From contig JAAYJG010000168.1 of the NCBI GenBank assembly GCA_012523055.1, forward strand, positions 1 through 38,677: a stretch of 38,677 bases of DNA. The letters are read 5' to 3'. The translations under genes and the position numbers were made by a program. Below are positions 18,541 through 27,678 of this stretch, in pieces. The stretch comes from Ruminiclostridium sp. GTDB lineage: Bacteria; Bacillota; Clostridia; DSM-8532. Position 1 is the stretch's first letter. Every line of letters begins with the position of its first letter. The notes under the pieces were generated by a model. That model worked only from the letters and a program-made list of their open reading frames with translations. It ran no database searches and was not told the DNA's origin.

Positions 18541-19251
18541 TTAATCCATGATTCCGATCTTGTTGCCATTTTCGTACATATCTTCAGCGACGATGCCGAC
18601 GTTTCCTCCACCGTTGTCCTCTATCCATCCGAACCCGGGAATCCATATGCTTGGCTTACCATCGATGACGGCTTTCGAACCAGGTGCGGGATTATGTTTA
18701 TCGGATGGCTGCGTATTGTCCGCACCCATTATGCCTACTTGCTTATTAATATCGCCTTTGCCGTCTACGATAGTTCCACCGCCCATTTGTCCAACCTTTT
18801 TGCCTGTGAGCTCATCACCGGGACTGCCGACCATCGTACCTTGTGCACCGCCGCCCTCATCCTTGACCCAGCCAAAGCCGGGAATCCACATGCACCGATT
18901 GCCGTCGATAACAGCTATTGTCCCCGGCTTGGGGTCGGTGGAGGCTGGAGTGGATTTTGATATGGCACGAGATGTTGGTTCTGTTGACGGTGCTAGGTCT
19001 GCTTTTTCTTCTGCCGTTACTCCAGTTTTCAGTGGTTCCCTTTCTGCGACAGTATCTACTTCAGGAGCAAGAGAATCATCAGATAGAAGAATTCTAGGCG
19101 TTTCCTCAGACCGAGCCTCAATTTCGACGGTTACGGCGGTTTTTACCGTCTCGATGGGTAAATTTCCGACCTCTACACTCCGAGGCAACACAGCGGCACA
19201 CAACGCGATACAGGCGATAACAGCTATTCCGGCAGGTATTTGCTTTTTCAT
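18541..19251 (-). CDS. secreted or membrane-anchored protein with internal duplicated domain
   Basis: ATG at 19251 has AAGGAG 9 nt upstream. It has an N-terminal signal/anchor MKKQIPAGIAVIACIALCAAVL. Two roughly 50-aa repeats share AVIDG....WIPGFGW..D.GGG...VG...G.K.G.M. Confidence 0.7.
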   Translation of the reverse strand: MKKQIPAGIAVIACIALCAAVLPRSVEVGNLPIETVKTAVTVEIEARSEETPRILLSDDSLAPEVDTVAEREPLKTGVTAEEKADLAPSTEPTSRAISKSTPASTDPKPGTIAVIDGNRCMWIPGFGWVKDEGGGAQGTMVGSPGDELTGKKVGQMGGGTIVDGKGDINKQVGIMGADNTQPSDKHNPAPGSKAVIDGKPSIWIPGFGWIEDNGGGNVGIVAEDMYENGNKIGIMD

Positions 19252-19303
19252 AAAGACCATCTCCTTTCAGCAACAGACAATATCACAGCTTTTCGGAGAT
19301 AGC

Positions 19304-19404
19304 TATACATATTTCGATAAACGCACTTATAATTTGCAGTAATACGGATTTAAACTTTACAAATGCGTAAAATATGTTGTATAACGCACTTAAAATGATA
19401 TAAT
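19304..19404 (+). promoter_or_regulatory. two candidate promoters plus repeated operator-like boxes upstream of the HTH-hsd operon
   Basis: TATAAT lies at 19328-19333, and TGaTATAAT (extended -10) at 19396-19404. The box AACGCACTTA is repeated at 19320-19329 and 19383-19392, each overlapping or abutting a -10. A partial inverted copy, AAATGCGTA, lies at about 19360. Confidence 0.45.
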
Positions 19405-19434
19405 AAAGTGAAACTTGGGAAATAGGTGGCGAAT

Positions 19435-19662
19435 ATGCGGGTAAGTTATAAAAAGCTTTGGAAGCTTCTTATCGACAGAGACATGAAAAAGAAAGATTTG
19501 CAATTGGCAGCAGGGCTGAGTTCAACAACCATTGCCAAACTGTCAAACCATGAAAATGTTAGCATGGATGTTTTAATTAAGGTGTGTACCCTTCTTGGCG
19601 TAGACTTCTGTGATATTATGGAGTTAGTGCCGGATCAGACAATTGAAAGAGATAAATCTTAA
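19435..19662 (+). CDS. XRE/Cro-type helix-turn-helix transcriptional regulator
   Basis: ATG at 19435 has AGGTGG 6 nt upstream. The HTH core is KKKDLQLAAGLSSTTIAKLSNHENVSMDVLIKVCTLLGVDFCDIMEL. It lies 21 nt upstream of hsdM. Confidence 0.85.
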   Translation: MRVSYKKLWKLLIDRDMKKKDLQLAAGLSSTTIAKLSNHENVSMDVLIKVCTLLGVDFCDIMELVPDQTIERDKS

Positions 19663-19683
19663 GCGTAAAGAGTGGAGATACAG

Positions 19684-21264
19684 ATGGCTAAGACAACAAA
19701 AGCACAAGAGCAATCGCTTGAATCAATAATGTGGAACTGCCGCAATGCCCTACGCGGGACTGTCGGAGGCAACGAAACAAACCGTGATGTCGTCATGGGT
19801 TTGGTGTTCTTGAAGTTCGCCGGCGACAAATTTGAAAAGCGCAGAGCAGAAATACAGGAAGAATACGGCGATGTCCCCGCTTTCCTGGAGAAGGCATCCT
19901 TCTACCTTTCCAAGAACGTATTTTACCTGAGCGAAACTTCACGCTGGTCTTATATTGTCAAAAACGCCAGCGCAAACGATATAGCGGTCATTATCGATAC
20001 CGCTATGAAAGACATAGAGGACGGCAACCCGACGCTCAAAGGAGCATTGCCGCAGAACCGATATACCACGCTGAGCGCAATTCGTCCGGAGCAGCTTAAA
20101 TCGCTGATTGACGAGGTCAACAAGATTGACGAGAAACGGTTTCATGAGAAAGATCTTATCGGGCGTGTGTACGAATACTTCCTGCAAGTGTTCGCCATTG
20201 ATTCCGGTACCGGCAATGAAAAGGGCGAATTCTACACGCCTGCGAGCATCGTTCAGCTTATCGCCGAAATCATAGAACCGTATTCAGGCGTTGTATATGA
20301 CCCGTGCTGCGGTTCAGCCGGTATGTTTGTTTCCTCGATTAAGTTTGTGGAGCGGCACAACGGCGACCGCTTGAAAGTTTCGGTAGTCGGGCAGGAGCGC
20401 ACACCCGAAACGTGGCGACTTGCAAAAATGAACCTCGCTATTCGCGGTATTTCGCATAACCTCGGAGACCGACCTGAATCAACATTCGCGGAAGATTTAC
20501 ATAGGGATAAAAAGGTTGACTTCATTATGGCTAATCCGCCATTCAATTTAAAGCTGAATGCGCAGGGTGTAACGCAGGACAAGTTAAACGGCGACCCGCG
20601 TTGGGATGGATATCCTGCCCCTCCAGTATCGAACGCCAATTATGCGTGGATTTTGCATATGCTCTCGAAACTGGATGTGACTAACGGCATTGCTGGTTTC
20701 CTGCTCGCTAACGGTGCATTGAATGCCGGAGGCGTAGAGGGCGATATCCGTAAGGAGCTTGTTGAAAATGATAAGGTGGAAGCGATTATCGTTCTGCCTC
20801 GCGAAATGTTTTATTCCACGGATATTTCCGTAACGCTCTGGATAATTAACAACAACAAGAAAGCCCGCAGCTTGAATGGGCGCCAGCTACGCGACCGACA
20901 GGGCGAAGTCCTCTTTATAGACCTGCGCCGTTGGAACGAGAATATCTATGAGAAAAAGTACGTCCAATTTTCAGACAAGCAGATAGCCGACGTTAAGAAG
21001 ATCTATGCCGATTGGCAGACAGGCAAAGGCTATACCAATATACCGGAACTATGCAAGTCTGCAACGAAGGCCGAAATCACCGCACAGAAGTATTCGCTTG
21101 CGCCGAGCAAGTACATTGAGTTTATCGACCATGACTTAGAAATTGACTACGCATCAGAGATGAAGCGGATTCAAGGCGAGCTGCGCGAGGTGCTTAAAGC
21201 TGAGAAGCAGTCACAGGCCATGCTCGAAGAAGCGTTCAGGGGGATTGGGTATGGGATTGAATAA
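19684..21264 (+). CDS. hsdM: type I restriction-modification system methyltransferase subunit
   Basis: It has an HsdM N-terminal domain (LWNCRNALRG-like, LVFLKF), the SAM motif VYDPCCGSAGMF and the catalytic N6-adenine motif IMANPPFN. Confidence 0.95.
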   Translation: MAKTTKAQEQSLESIMWNCRNALRGTVGGNETNRDVVMGLVFLKFAGDKFEKRRAEIQEEYGDVPAFLEKASFYLSKNVFYLSETSRWSYIVKNASANDIAVIIDTAMKDIEDGNPTLKGALPQNRYTTLSAIRPEQLKSLIDEVNKIDEKRFHEKDLIGRVYEYFLQVFAIDSGTGNEKGEFYTPASIVQLIAEIIEPYSGVVYDPCCGSAGMFVSSIKFVERHNGDRLKVSVVGQERTPETWRLAKMNLAIRGISHNLGDRPESTFAEDLHRDKKVDFIMANPPFNLKLNAQGVTQDKLNGDPRWDGYPAPPVSNANYAWILHMLSKLDVTNGIAGFLLANGALNAGGVEGDIRKELVENDKVEAIIVLPREMFYSTDISVTLWIINNNKKARSLNGRQLRDRQGEVLFIDLRRWNENIYEKKYVQFSDKQIADVKKIYADWQTGKGYTNIPELCKSATKAEITAQKYSLAPSKYIEFIDHDLEIDYASEMKRIQGELREVLKAEKQSQAMLEEAFRGIGYGIE

Positions 21265-22375
21265 GCAAAAACTTGGCAAATATATCGAACGTGTTGAACG
21301 CCGCAATTTAGATTTACTGTTTGGAATAGACGACGTTCGAGGCATCTCCAACGCAAAAGAAATACAATCCACCAAAGCGGATATCACTGACCGCTCGTTT
21401 AGTCGTTTCCAAATCGTTGAACCGCATGAGTTTGTGTTTAATAGGCGCACAACACGCATGGGTGAGAAACTTGGTCTTGGGTATAACAATATCGGTGAAA
21501 CATTTATTGTTACCGAAGATTACGTCGTCTTCCGAGTAATCGACGAATGTGTTTTACTGCCTGACTATCTGAATGTCTTTTTCCGTCGTCCGGAATTTGA
21601 CCGCTATGCCCGATGGGATTCATGGGGTAGTGCTACTGAGTTCTTTAACTGGGAAGAGATGTGTGATGTGCCAATTACCCTCCCGCCGCTCCCCGTTCAG
21701 CAAAAGTATGTGAACGTATACAATGCCATGCTCTCCAATCAGCGAGCTTATGAGAGTGGGCTGGAGGATTTGAACACAGCGATTGCTGCAAGTATTGAGG
21801 AGTTTAAACATACAGCACCCCGCGTGGCAGTTGGTCGGCTTCTTGAGGAAACCGATACCCGCAACCGAAACGGTGCAATTACCAACGTGCAAGGCATCAA
21901 CATCAATAAGGAGTTTATGCCGTCTGTGGCTAACCTCAGCACGACGGATTTAACGAAGTATAAGGTTATTTGTAAAGATCAGTTTGCAGCAAACTTTATG
22001 CACGTTATGCGTGATGAGAAGGTCCCATTGGGGCTTTATCATCACGATGAACCGTGTATTATATCCCCTGCATATCCTGTGTTTCGGATTATATCGGATG
22101 ATGTCTTACCTGAATACCTTATGCTATGGCTTAATCGTGCAGAAAGTGACCGTTATGCTTGGTTCATCAGCGATAGTAGCGTTCGCGGTGGGTTAGAAAT
22201 GAGTCGGTTCTATGAAATTTATGTTCCGTTGCCTTCCGTTGAGCAGCAACAAGCGGTTGTAAATTTTTACAACGCACGTCATTTGATCTTAAAAAACATA
22301 ACAATGCTGGGCAATATGCTAAAAGACATCTGCCCGATATTGATAAAAGGTTCGCTTGAGGAAGCGAGCGCATAA
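21251..22375 (+). CDS. hsdS: type I restriction-modification system specificity subunit
   Basis: The ATG at 21251 overlaps the hsdM stop by 14 nt. The two-TRD layout has conserved spacer helices (PLPPLPVQQKYVNVYNAM... and PLPSVEQQQAVVNFYNA...). Confidence 0.9.
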   Translation: MGLNKQKLGKYIERVERRNLDLLFGIDDVRGISNAKEIQSTKADITDRSFSRFQIVEPHEFVFNRRTTRMGEKLGLGYNNIGETFIVTEDYVVFRVIDECVLLPDYLNVFFRRPEFDRYARWDSWGSATEFFNWEEMCDVPITLPPLPVQQKYVNVYNAMLSNQRAYESGLEDLNTAIAASIEEFKHTAPRVAVGRLLEETDTRNRNGAITNVQGININKEFMPSVANLSTTDLTKYKVICKDQFAANFMHVMRDEKVPLGLYHHDEPCIISPAYPVFRIISDDVLPEYLMLWLNRAESDRYAWFISDSSVRGGLEMSRFYEIYVPLPSVEQQQAVVNFYNARHLILKNITMLGNMLKDICPILIKGSLEEASA

Positions 22376-22444
22376 AACTCGCAACACGTTGCGAGAAATT
22401 GAAAAATGCAGACTATGTCTGCACAATTTGAGGAGGTGCTGAGG

Positions 22445-23350
22445 ATGGCACTTTTTACCGAAAGCCACGGGATGAGAACTCCGGTTGAACGCACTTCGAC
22501 TATAACGGTCGAGATGTATTATTTACTTTTGGATTGTTGCAAAAAATATTATAAACACTTAACACATCTTTTTCCGCAACAATGTCATGATGATTTTACG
22601 GCAAAGGACTATTTGGCTTTTGGCGAAAAGCAGTTCCAAAATCGTCTTAAAGTGAAAATACCAACACTATTTCGTGATGAATATGGCAGAATCAGTTCAC
22701 CAGCGGATGGCGATGAATACGACCAATATGCATTGTTGGATTTAATAGAGTTTATAGCTCAAAATATGAAAGATATTTCAGAAGGCTGGAATAATCAGCG
22801 TTATCAAAATTACTGGAATATTGAATGTTTGAATACAGCAAACGTGTTTGACGATTACCAGCACGAAATTAATGAAATTTTTGTGGAGTCCGGATTATTG
22901 TTTACGTTAACATCTGCAAAAGTAGTTGAGCGGGTTCTTGAACATAGCACCCTAACGCCCGGAGTGGAAACTGCCGTTCAGTCCGTTAAGGAAAAAGGGC
23001 TAAAAGACTTACTGGAAGAAGCGGTTGCTCTCTTTAAGCAGCCCGACCCAGCGTTTCGAAATGATGCAGTTGAAAAGCTTTGGGATGCATTCGAGCGTTT
23101 GAAGACCTACTATACCACACTGGATAAGAAAGGGTCGGCGGCGAAAATCGTTACAGATATGAGCGGCGGACAGACGGAGTTCTCCAAACTGTTTGACGAT
23201 GAGTTCAAGGCGTTGACAACTATAGGCAATGGCTTCAGGATTCGCCATCATGAAACCGATAAAATCGATATAACAGACAGCAGACACTTCGACTATATAT
23301 TCAACCGCTGTATGTCGTTGATTGCCTCTGCACTTCAATATCTTAACTGA
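22445..23350 (+). CDS. hypothetical protein, AbiJ-NTD4/HEPN-like (tentative), nested in the hsd operon
   Basis: ATG 22445 follows GAGGAGG, whereas the track start 22406 has no RBS. The C-terminal third, DAVEKLWDAFERLKT...ALTTIGNGFRIRHHETDK...HFDYIFNRC, recalls AbiJ-type abortive-infection proteins. This is recognition by eye only. Confidence 0.45.
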   Translation: MALFTESHGMRTPVERTSTITVEMYYLLLDCCKKYYKHLTHLFPQQCHDDFTAKDYLAFGEKQFQNRLKVKIPTLFRDEYGRISSPADGDEYDQYALLDLIEFIAQNMKDISEGWNNQRYQNYWNIECLNTANVFDDYQHEINEIFVESGLLFTLTSAKVVERVLEHSTLTPGVETAVQSVKEKGLKDLLEEAVALFKQPDPAFRNDAVEKLWDAFERLKTYYTTLDKKGSAAKIVTDMSGGQTEFSKLFDDEFKALTTIGNGFRIRHHETDKIDITDSRHFDYIFNRCMSLIASALQYLN

Positions 23351-23363
23351 GGGAGGAACACTT

Positions 23364-24377
23364 ATGGGGGACAGCTTAATCCCGAACAACGCAAGTACTT
23401 TTGATGAGGTCATTGCCATCATTGACAATGCCCGCGAGAGTGCATTCCGTGCCGTTAATCGGGAACTTATCAATATGTACTGGGACATCGGTGAGTATGT
23501 GAGCCACCGTGTTACCAATGGCGGTTGGGGCAAGTCTGTTGTCAAGGAGTTTTCTGACTTTATACAGAGCCGCTATGTCGGTATAAAAGGCTTTTCCTCG
23601 TCAAACATTTGGCGAATGAAACAGTTTTATGAAACGTATCGCGGCAACGAAAAACTCGCAACACTGTTGCGAGAATTGACGTGGTCGCACAATCTTCAAA
23701 TAATGTCGTGCAAAACGGATGAGGAGCGGGAGTTTTATCTCACCCTATCGGTCAGGAACCGCTACTCTTTCCGTGAGTTGAAGCGGCAGATGGATAGCGG
23801 GTTGTATGAGCGAACTATGATGTCGGAAATCACCAACAAGCTGATAACCGAACGCAGCGAGGGTCTGACCGCTTTGCGTGACAGCTATATCCTTGAATTT
23901 TTGGACTTACCCGAAAGCCATAAGGAAAAAGACCTACGGAAAGCCATCGTTTTTAATCTGAAGGACTTCATCCTGGAGTTCGGCAAGGACTTCACTTTTG
24001 TCGGCGAGGAATACCGTGTTCAGGTAGGTAACCGCGACTTTTTTATTGATCTTCTGTTCTATAATCGCGAGCTTCACTGCCTTGTGGCGATAGAACTGAA
24101 AATCGGAGAGTTCGAGCCAGAACACCTCGGCAAGATGGAGTTCTACCTCGAGGCTCTTGACCGCGACATCAAAAAATCCGATGAAAATCCTAGCGTAGGG
24201 CTTATCCTCTGTACCAAGAAGGATGCAACGGTGGTCGAGTATGCACTCAGCCGCAGTATGTCGCCCGCCATGATTGCGGATTATAAACTGCACTTGCCGG
24301 ATAGGCACATTTTGGAAAATAAACTGCGTGAGTTGACGGAGCTTGCCGAAAGCACTGCTGATGAAGACGATGAATAA
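23364..24377 (+). CDS. PD-(D/E)xK nuclease family protein (DUF1016 / YhcG-like)
   Basis: ATG 23364 follows GAGGGAGG. It has the N-terminal pattern ARESAFRAVNRELINMYWDIGEYV, then LSWSHN-like TWSHNLQI, and the PD-(D/E)xK core FIDLLFYN...CLVAIELKIGEF. Confidence 0.85.
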   Translation: MGDSLIPNNASTFDEVIAIIDNARESAFRAVNRELINMYWDIGEYVSHRVTNGGWGKSVVKEFSDFIQSRYVGIKGFSSSNIWRMKQFYETYRGNEKLATLLRELTWSHNLQIMSCKTDEEREFYLTLSVRNRYSFRELKRQMDSGLYERTMMSEITNKLITERSEGLTALRDSYILEFLDLPESHKEKDLRKAIVFNLKDFILEFGKDFTFVGEEYRVQVGNRDFFIDLLFYNRELHCLVAIELKIGEFEPEHLGKMEFYLEALDRDIKKSDENPSVGLILCTKKDATVVEYALSRSMSPAMIADYKLHLPDRHILENKLRELTELAESTADEDDE

Positions 24378-24389
24378 AGGGGGATCGCC

Positions 24390-27300
24390 GTGGAATTGAA
24401 TTTTACAAGAGGAATGTTTACCGAAGCCGAACTTGAGGCGGCTATCATCGATTTATACCAAAAGCAGGACTACGATTATGTCCTCGGCGAGACAATTCAT
24501 CGTGGGTTTGAGGAGATACTGCTTAAGGAAGACCTGCGTTCCTATCTCTATGCCCATTATCCCGATCTTACGGTGGCTGAAACAGAAAAGGTCATAAGCC
24601 GTATCGAGAATATTCCCTCTGCGCCGCTGTATCAAGGCAATCGCGAGACCTTCCTTCTGACAAACGAAGGCTTTGATTTACAGCGCGACGATACCGCAAA
24701 ACTTGCCGTGCACATCAATTACATAGACTTTGACGAGCCTAAAAAGAACATTTTTAAGGTGGTCAACCAGTATTCGGTGCAGGGCGAGCGTCTGCGCAGA
24801 CCGGACTTGATTCTGTTCATCAACGGCATTCCCGTAGCGATTTTCGAGTTTAAGTCCGCCGTCAAGGAGAACACAACTATTCACGACGCCTGGGAGCAGA
24901 TAACCATCCGTTACTGTCGCGATATTCCCAAGCTGATGAAATATTGTTTTCTTTCTGTTATCAGCGATGGAGCCAACACCCGAATGGGCAGTATCTTTAC
25001 GCCATATGAATATTACTACGCATGGAACAAGATTAATGACGAAAAAAAAGTCAGCAACGGCATCACCGCCCTTCTCACTTTGATTAAGGGCGCATTTGAC
25101 AAAGACCGCGTTGTCGAAATCCTTCGTGACTTTGTCTACTACCCGGATGACAGCACTAAAGAAACGGCTATCGTCGCCCGCTATCCGCAGTTCTTTGCAG
25201 CACGGAAGATGTTTGAGAATATTAAAAAGCACATGAGACCCGAGGGTGACGGCAAGGGCGGTACATACTTCGGCGCAACCGGCTGTGGCAAAACCTATAC
25301 GATGCTGTTTCTCTCTCGTTTGCTCGCCTTACGCGACAGGGACGCCTTTGAAAACCCGACGATGGTCATCATCACCGACCGCGAGGATTTAGACAGGCAG
25401 ACCTCGGAACTGTTTGTATCTTCCAAACGCTATCTGCACGACAACAATGTGCGGAGCATTGAGAGTCGACACGACTTGCAGAAGGTATTAGGTGTCGAAA
25501 CATCTGACCTCCCGAAAGTGGCCGAGGAGCCCACATATTACAGCGTGACCGGTGCAGAAAGCGGGGGCGTGTTCCTGACAACAATTCAGAAGTTCTGCGA
25601 ATCGACGGGCTTGCTATCTAACCGCTCCAACATTATCTGTATTTCTGATGAAGCACATCGGACACAAACAGGCGTTGGCTCGAAGCTGAAAAAGACTGAC
25701 AAGGGCGTGTTCACTACATACGGCTTTGCCAAGTATCTCCGTGACAGCTTCCCGCGAGCGATCTACTGCGGGTTCACCGGGACGCCAATTGACGAAACAA
25801 TTGCCGTGTTCGGTGATATCGTGGACAGCTACACAATGATAGAATCAAGCGATGACGGCATCACCGTCCGCATAGCTTACGAGCCGCGCCTGGCGAGGGT
25901 TATCCTCTCAGATGAACAGGCACGGGAAATACAGAAATATTACGATAAATGCACCGAGGAAGGCTCCAATCCTGAACAGGTTGAGGAGAGCAAGCGCGCA
26001 ATGAGTGAGATGAAGCGCGTTCTCGGTCATCCTGAGCGCATGAAGAAATTGGCTATGGACATTGTTACCCATTATGAGGCGTTGACCGCGCAGAAGCCTG
26101 AAATTGTACAGAAGGCGATGATTGTATGCGCCGACAGGACGCTTGCTTATCGTTTGCTGAAAGAAATAATAGCGCTACGCCCTGATTGGAACAAACCGCG
26201 CAGATCCGAAAACGATGCCGCTCTATCAAAGTCGCAGTTGGAGAAACTTATGCCGCTTGAGAAAATCAAGCTCGTGGCGACTCAAGGTGACAACGACGAA
26301 AAGGAGCTTTACGACCTCTGCGGCACAAAGGACTACCGGCAGATGCTCGACAGGCAGTTTAAGAATAACAACTCTAACTTCAAGATTGCCATCGTAGTCG
26401 ATATGTGGATTACGGGTTTTGACGTACCGTCCCTGGCGGTTATGTACATAGACAAGCCATTGCAGAAACATACGTTGATTCAGACAATTTCCCGTGTTAA
26501 CCGTGTTTTTGATGGCAAAGATATGGGCTTGGTGGTGGACTACATAGGCATCAAGCAGGATATGCTCGAAGCCCTAAAGAAATACAGCAGCCCGCAGGAA
26601 AGTCCTGTTGATGAAATTTCGGTTGCACTGGCAGTTTTCCGCAATCATCTGGCTCTGCTTGATGAACTGCTTCACGACTTCGACGCTACAAAATTCTACT
26701 CCGGTGAACCGTTGGAGCGTCTACTCTGCTTGGACGCCGCCGCAGAATATGTGCAGATTAGCAAAGAGATGGAAAGCCGCTTTATGAGCCTCTCCCGCAA
26801 AATGAAAGCGGCGTATGACATTTGCTTCCCGTCTGGAGAATTGACTGAAACGGAAACAGCAAAGGCTCAGTTCTACCTTGCCATCCGATCTATCATTTAT
26901 AAGCAGACAAAAGGCGATGCACCCGACGCCGAAGTGATGAACCGCGTTGTCGAGAAGATGGTACAGGACGCTATCACTTGCACGGGCATTGAAAACATCG
27001 TCAACGCAGGCAAGCCGGAAGACCTGTTCAGTGAAGAGTTTATGAAACAGCTGGACGAAGTCAATCTGCCGATTTCTAAGTTTAACGCCCTCTTGAAGCT
27101 GCTCCGCAAAGCGGTATCCGGTTACGGCAATGTCAATAAGGTTAAAGCGATTGAGTTTGACAAGCGGCTGAAGGCCGTTGTTGACAACTATAACAACCGC
27201 GACAAGCTGGTATTCACGAGTGAAGTCGTTGCCGATTTTATCAACGGGCTATCGGAGGAGTTGATAAAAATTTTCTCCGACCTCCAGACTGACAGGACCT

Positions 27301-27605
27301 CTTTCGAAGCACTGGGCATTACCTATGAAGAAAAGGCGTTTTATGACATTCTCGTCAAAGTACGAGACGATCACGGTTTCCCATATGCCGATGAGAAGTG
27401 CCTTATGCTTGCGAAAGAAATAAAAATACTGGTGGACGACAAAGCGCAGTTCGCCGACTGGTCTACCCGCGCTGACATTAAAAACCAGTTAAATATGGAT
27501 TTGACCGTGCTGCTCTATAAAAACGGTTACCCGCCCGAATGGGACGAGGAAGTGTTTGAGAAGGTTCTGGAACAGGCGGAGAATTTTAAGAAGTACGCTG
27601 ATTAA
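24390..27605 (+). CDS. hsdR: type I restriction endonuclease subunit R
   Basis: A GTG start follows AAGGGGG. It has an N-terminal PD-(D/E)xK (RPDLILFINGIPVAIFEFKS), SF2 motor motif I GATGCGKTYTM, DEAH (ISDEAHRTQ) and the C-terminal helical domain typical of HsdR. Confidence 0.95.
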   Translation: MELNFTRGMFTEAELEAAIIDLYQKQDYDYVLGETIHRGFEEILLKEDLRSYLYAHYPDLTVAETEKVISRIENIPSAPLYQGNRETFLLTNEGFDLQRDDTAKLAVHINYIDFDEPKKNIFKVVNQYSVQGERLRRPDLILFINGIPVAIFEFKSAVKENTTIHDAWEQITIRYCRDIPKLMKYCFLSVISDGANTRMGSIFTPYEYYYAWNKINDEKKVSNGITALLTLIKGAFDKDRVVEILRDFVYYPDDSTKETAIVARYPQFFAARKMFENIKKHMRPEGDGKGGTYFGATGCGKTYTMLFLSRLLALRDRDAFENPTMVIITDREDLDRQTSELFVSSKRYLHDNNVRSIESRHDLQKVLGVETSDLPKVAEEPTYYSVTGAESGGVFLTTIQKFCESTGLLSNRSNIICISDEAHRTQTGVGSKLKKTDKGVFTTYGFAKYLRDSFPRAIYCGFTGTPIDETIAVFGDIVDSYTMIESSDDGITVRIAYEPRLARVILSDEQAREIQKYYDKCTEEGSNPEQVEESKRAMSEMKRVLGHPERMKKLAMDIVTHYEALTAQKPEIVQKAMIVCADRTLAYRLLKEIIALRPDWNKPRRSENDAALSKSQLEKLMPLEKIKLVATQGDNDEKELYDLCGTKDYRQMLDRQFKNNNSNFKIAIVVDMWITGFDVPSLAVMYIDKPLQKHTLIQTISRVNRVFDGKDMGLVVDYIGIKQDMLEALKKYSSPQESPVDEISVALAVFRNHLALLDELLHDFDATKFYSGEPLERLLCLDAAAEYVQISKEMESRFMSLSRKMKAAYDICFPSGELTETETAKAQFYLAIRSIIYKQTKGDAPDAEVMNRVVEKMVQDAITCTGIENIVNAGKPEDLFSEEFMKQLDEVNLPISKFNALLKLLRKAVSGYGNVNKVKAIEFDKRLKAVVDNYNNRDKLVFTSEVVADFINGLSEELIKIFSDLQTDRTSFEALGITYEEKAFYDILVKVRDDHGFPYADEKCLMLAKEIKILVDDKAQFADWSTRADIKNQLNMDLTVLLYKNGYPPEWDEEVFEKVLEQAENFKKYAD

Positions 27606-27620
27606 TTTTGAGATTGGTAT

Positions 27621-27647
27621 ACTTTTTAGGGGTGATGATGAGATATG
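27621..27647 (+). repeat. direct repeat copy 1 (ACTTTTTAGGGGTGATGATGAGATATG)
   Basis: It is identical, apart from one extra T, to 30291-30316. It contains an RBS-like AGGGGTGA and an ATG. Here that ATG opens only a 15-codon uORF (27645-27692). Confidence 0.9.
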
Positions 27648-27678
27648 AGTTGTAACAGGAACGATAGGGGGTGTGTGC

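Noticed and set aside
18548-19342. 264-aa plus-strand ORF antisense to the secreted-protein gene
   Set aside because: It is a Pro/Ser-rich low-complexity mirror frame with no RBS. It runs through the terminator-proximal region and into the HTH promoter region. The minus-strand ORF has an RBS, a signal peptide and an internal domain duplication.
5403-25232. Other long antisense ORFs in the track (5403..5912, 9836..10366, 23009..23545, 24678..25232, 1624..2079)
   Set aside because: Each lies antisense to a gene with strong family motifs and an RBS. None has its own RBS or recognisable motifs.
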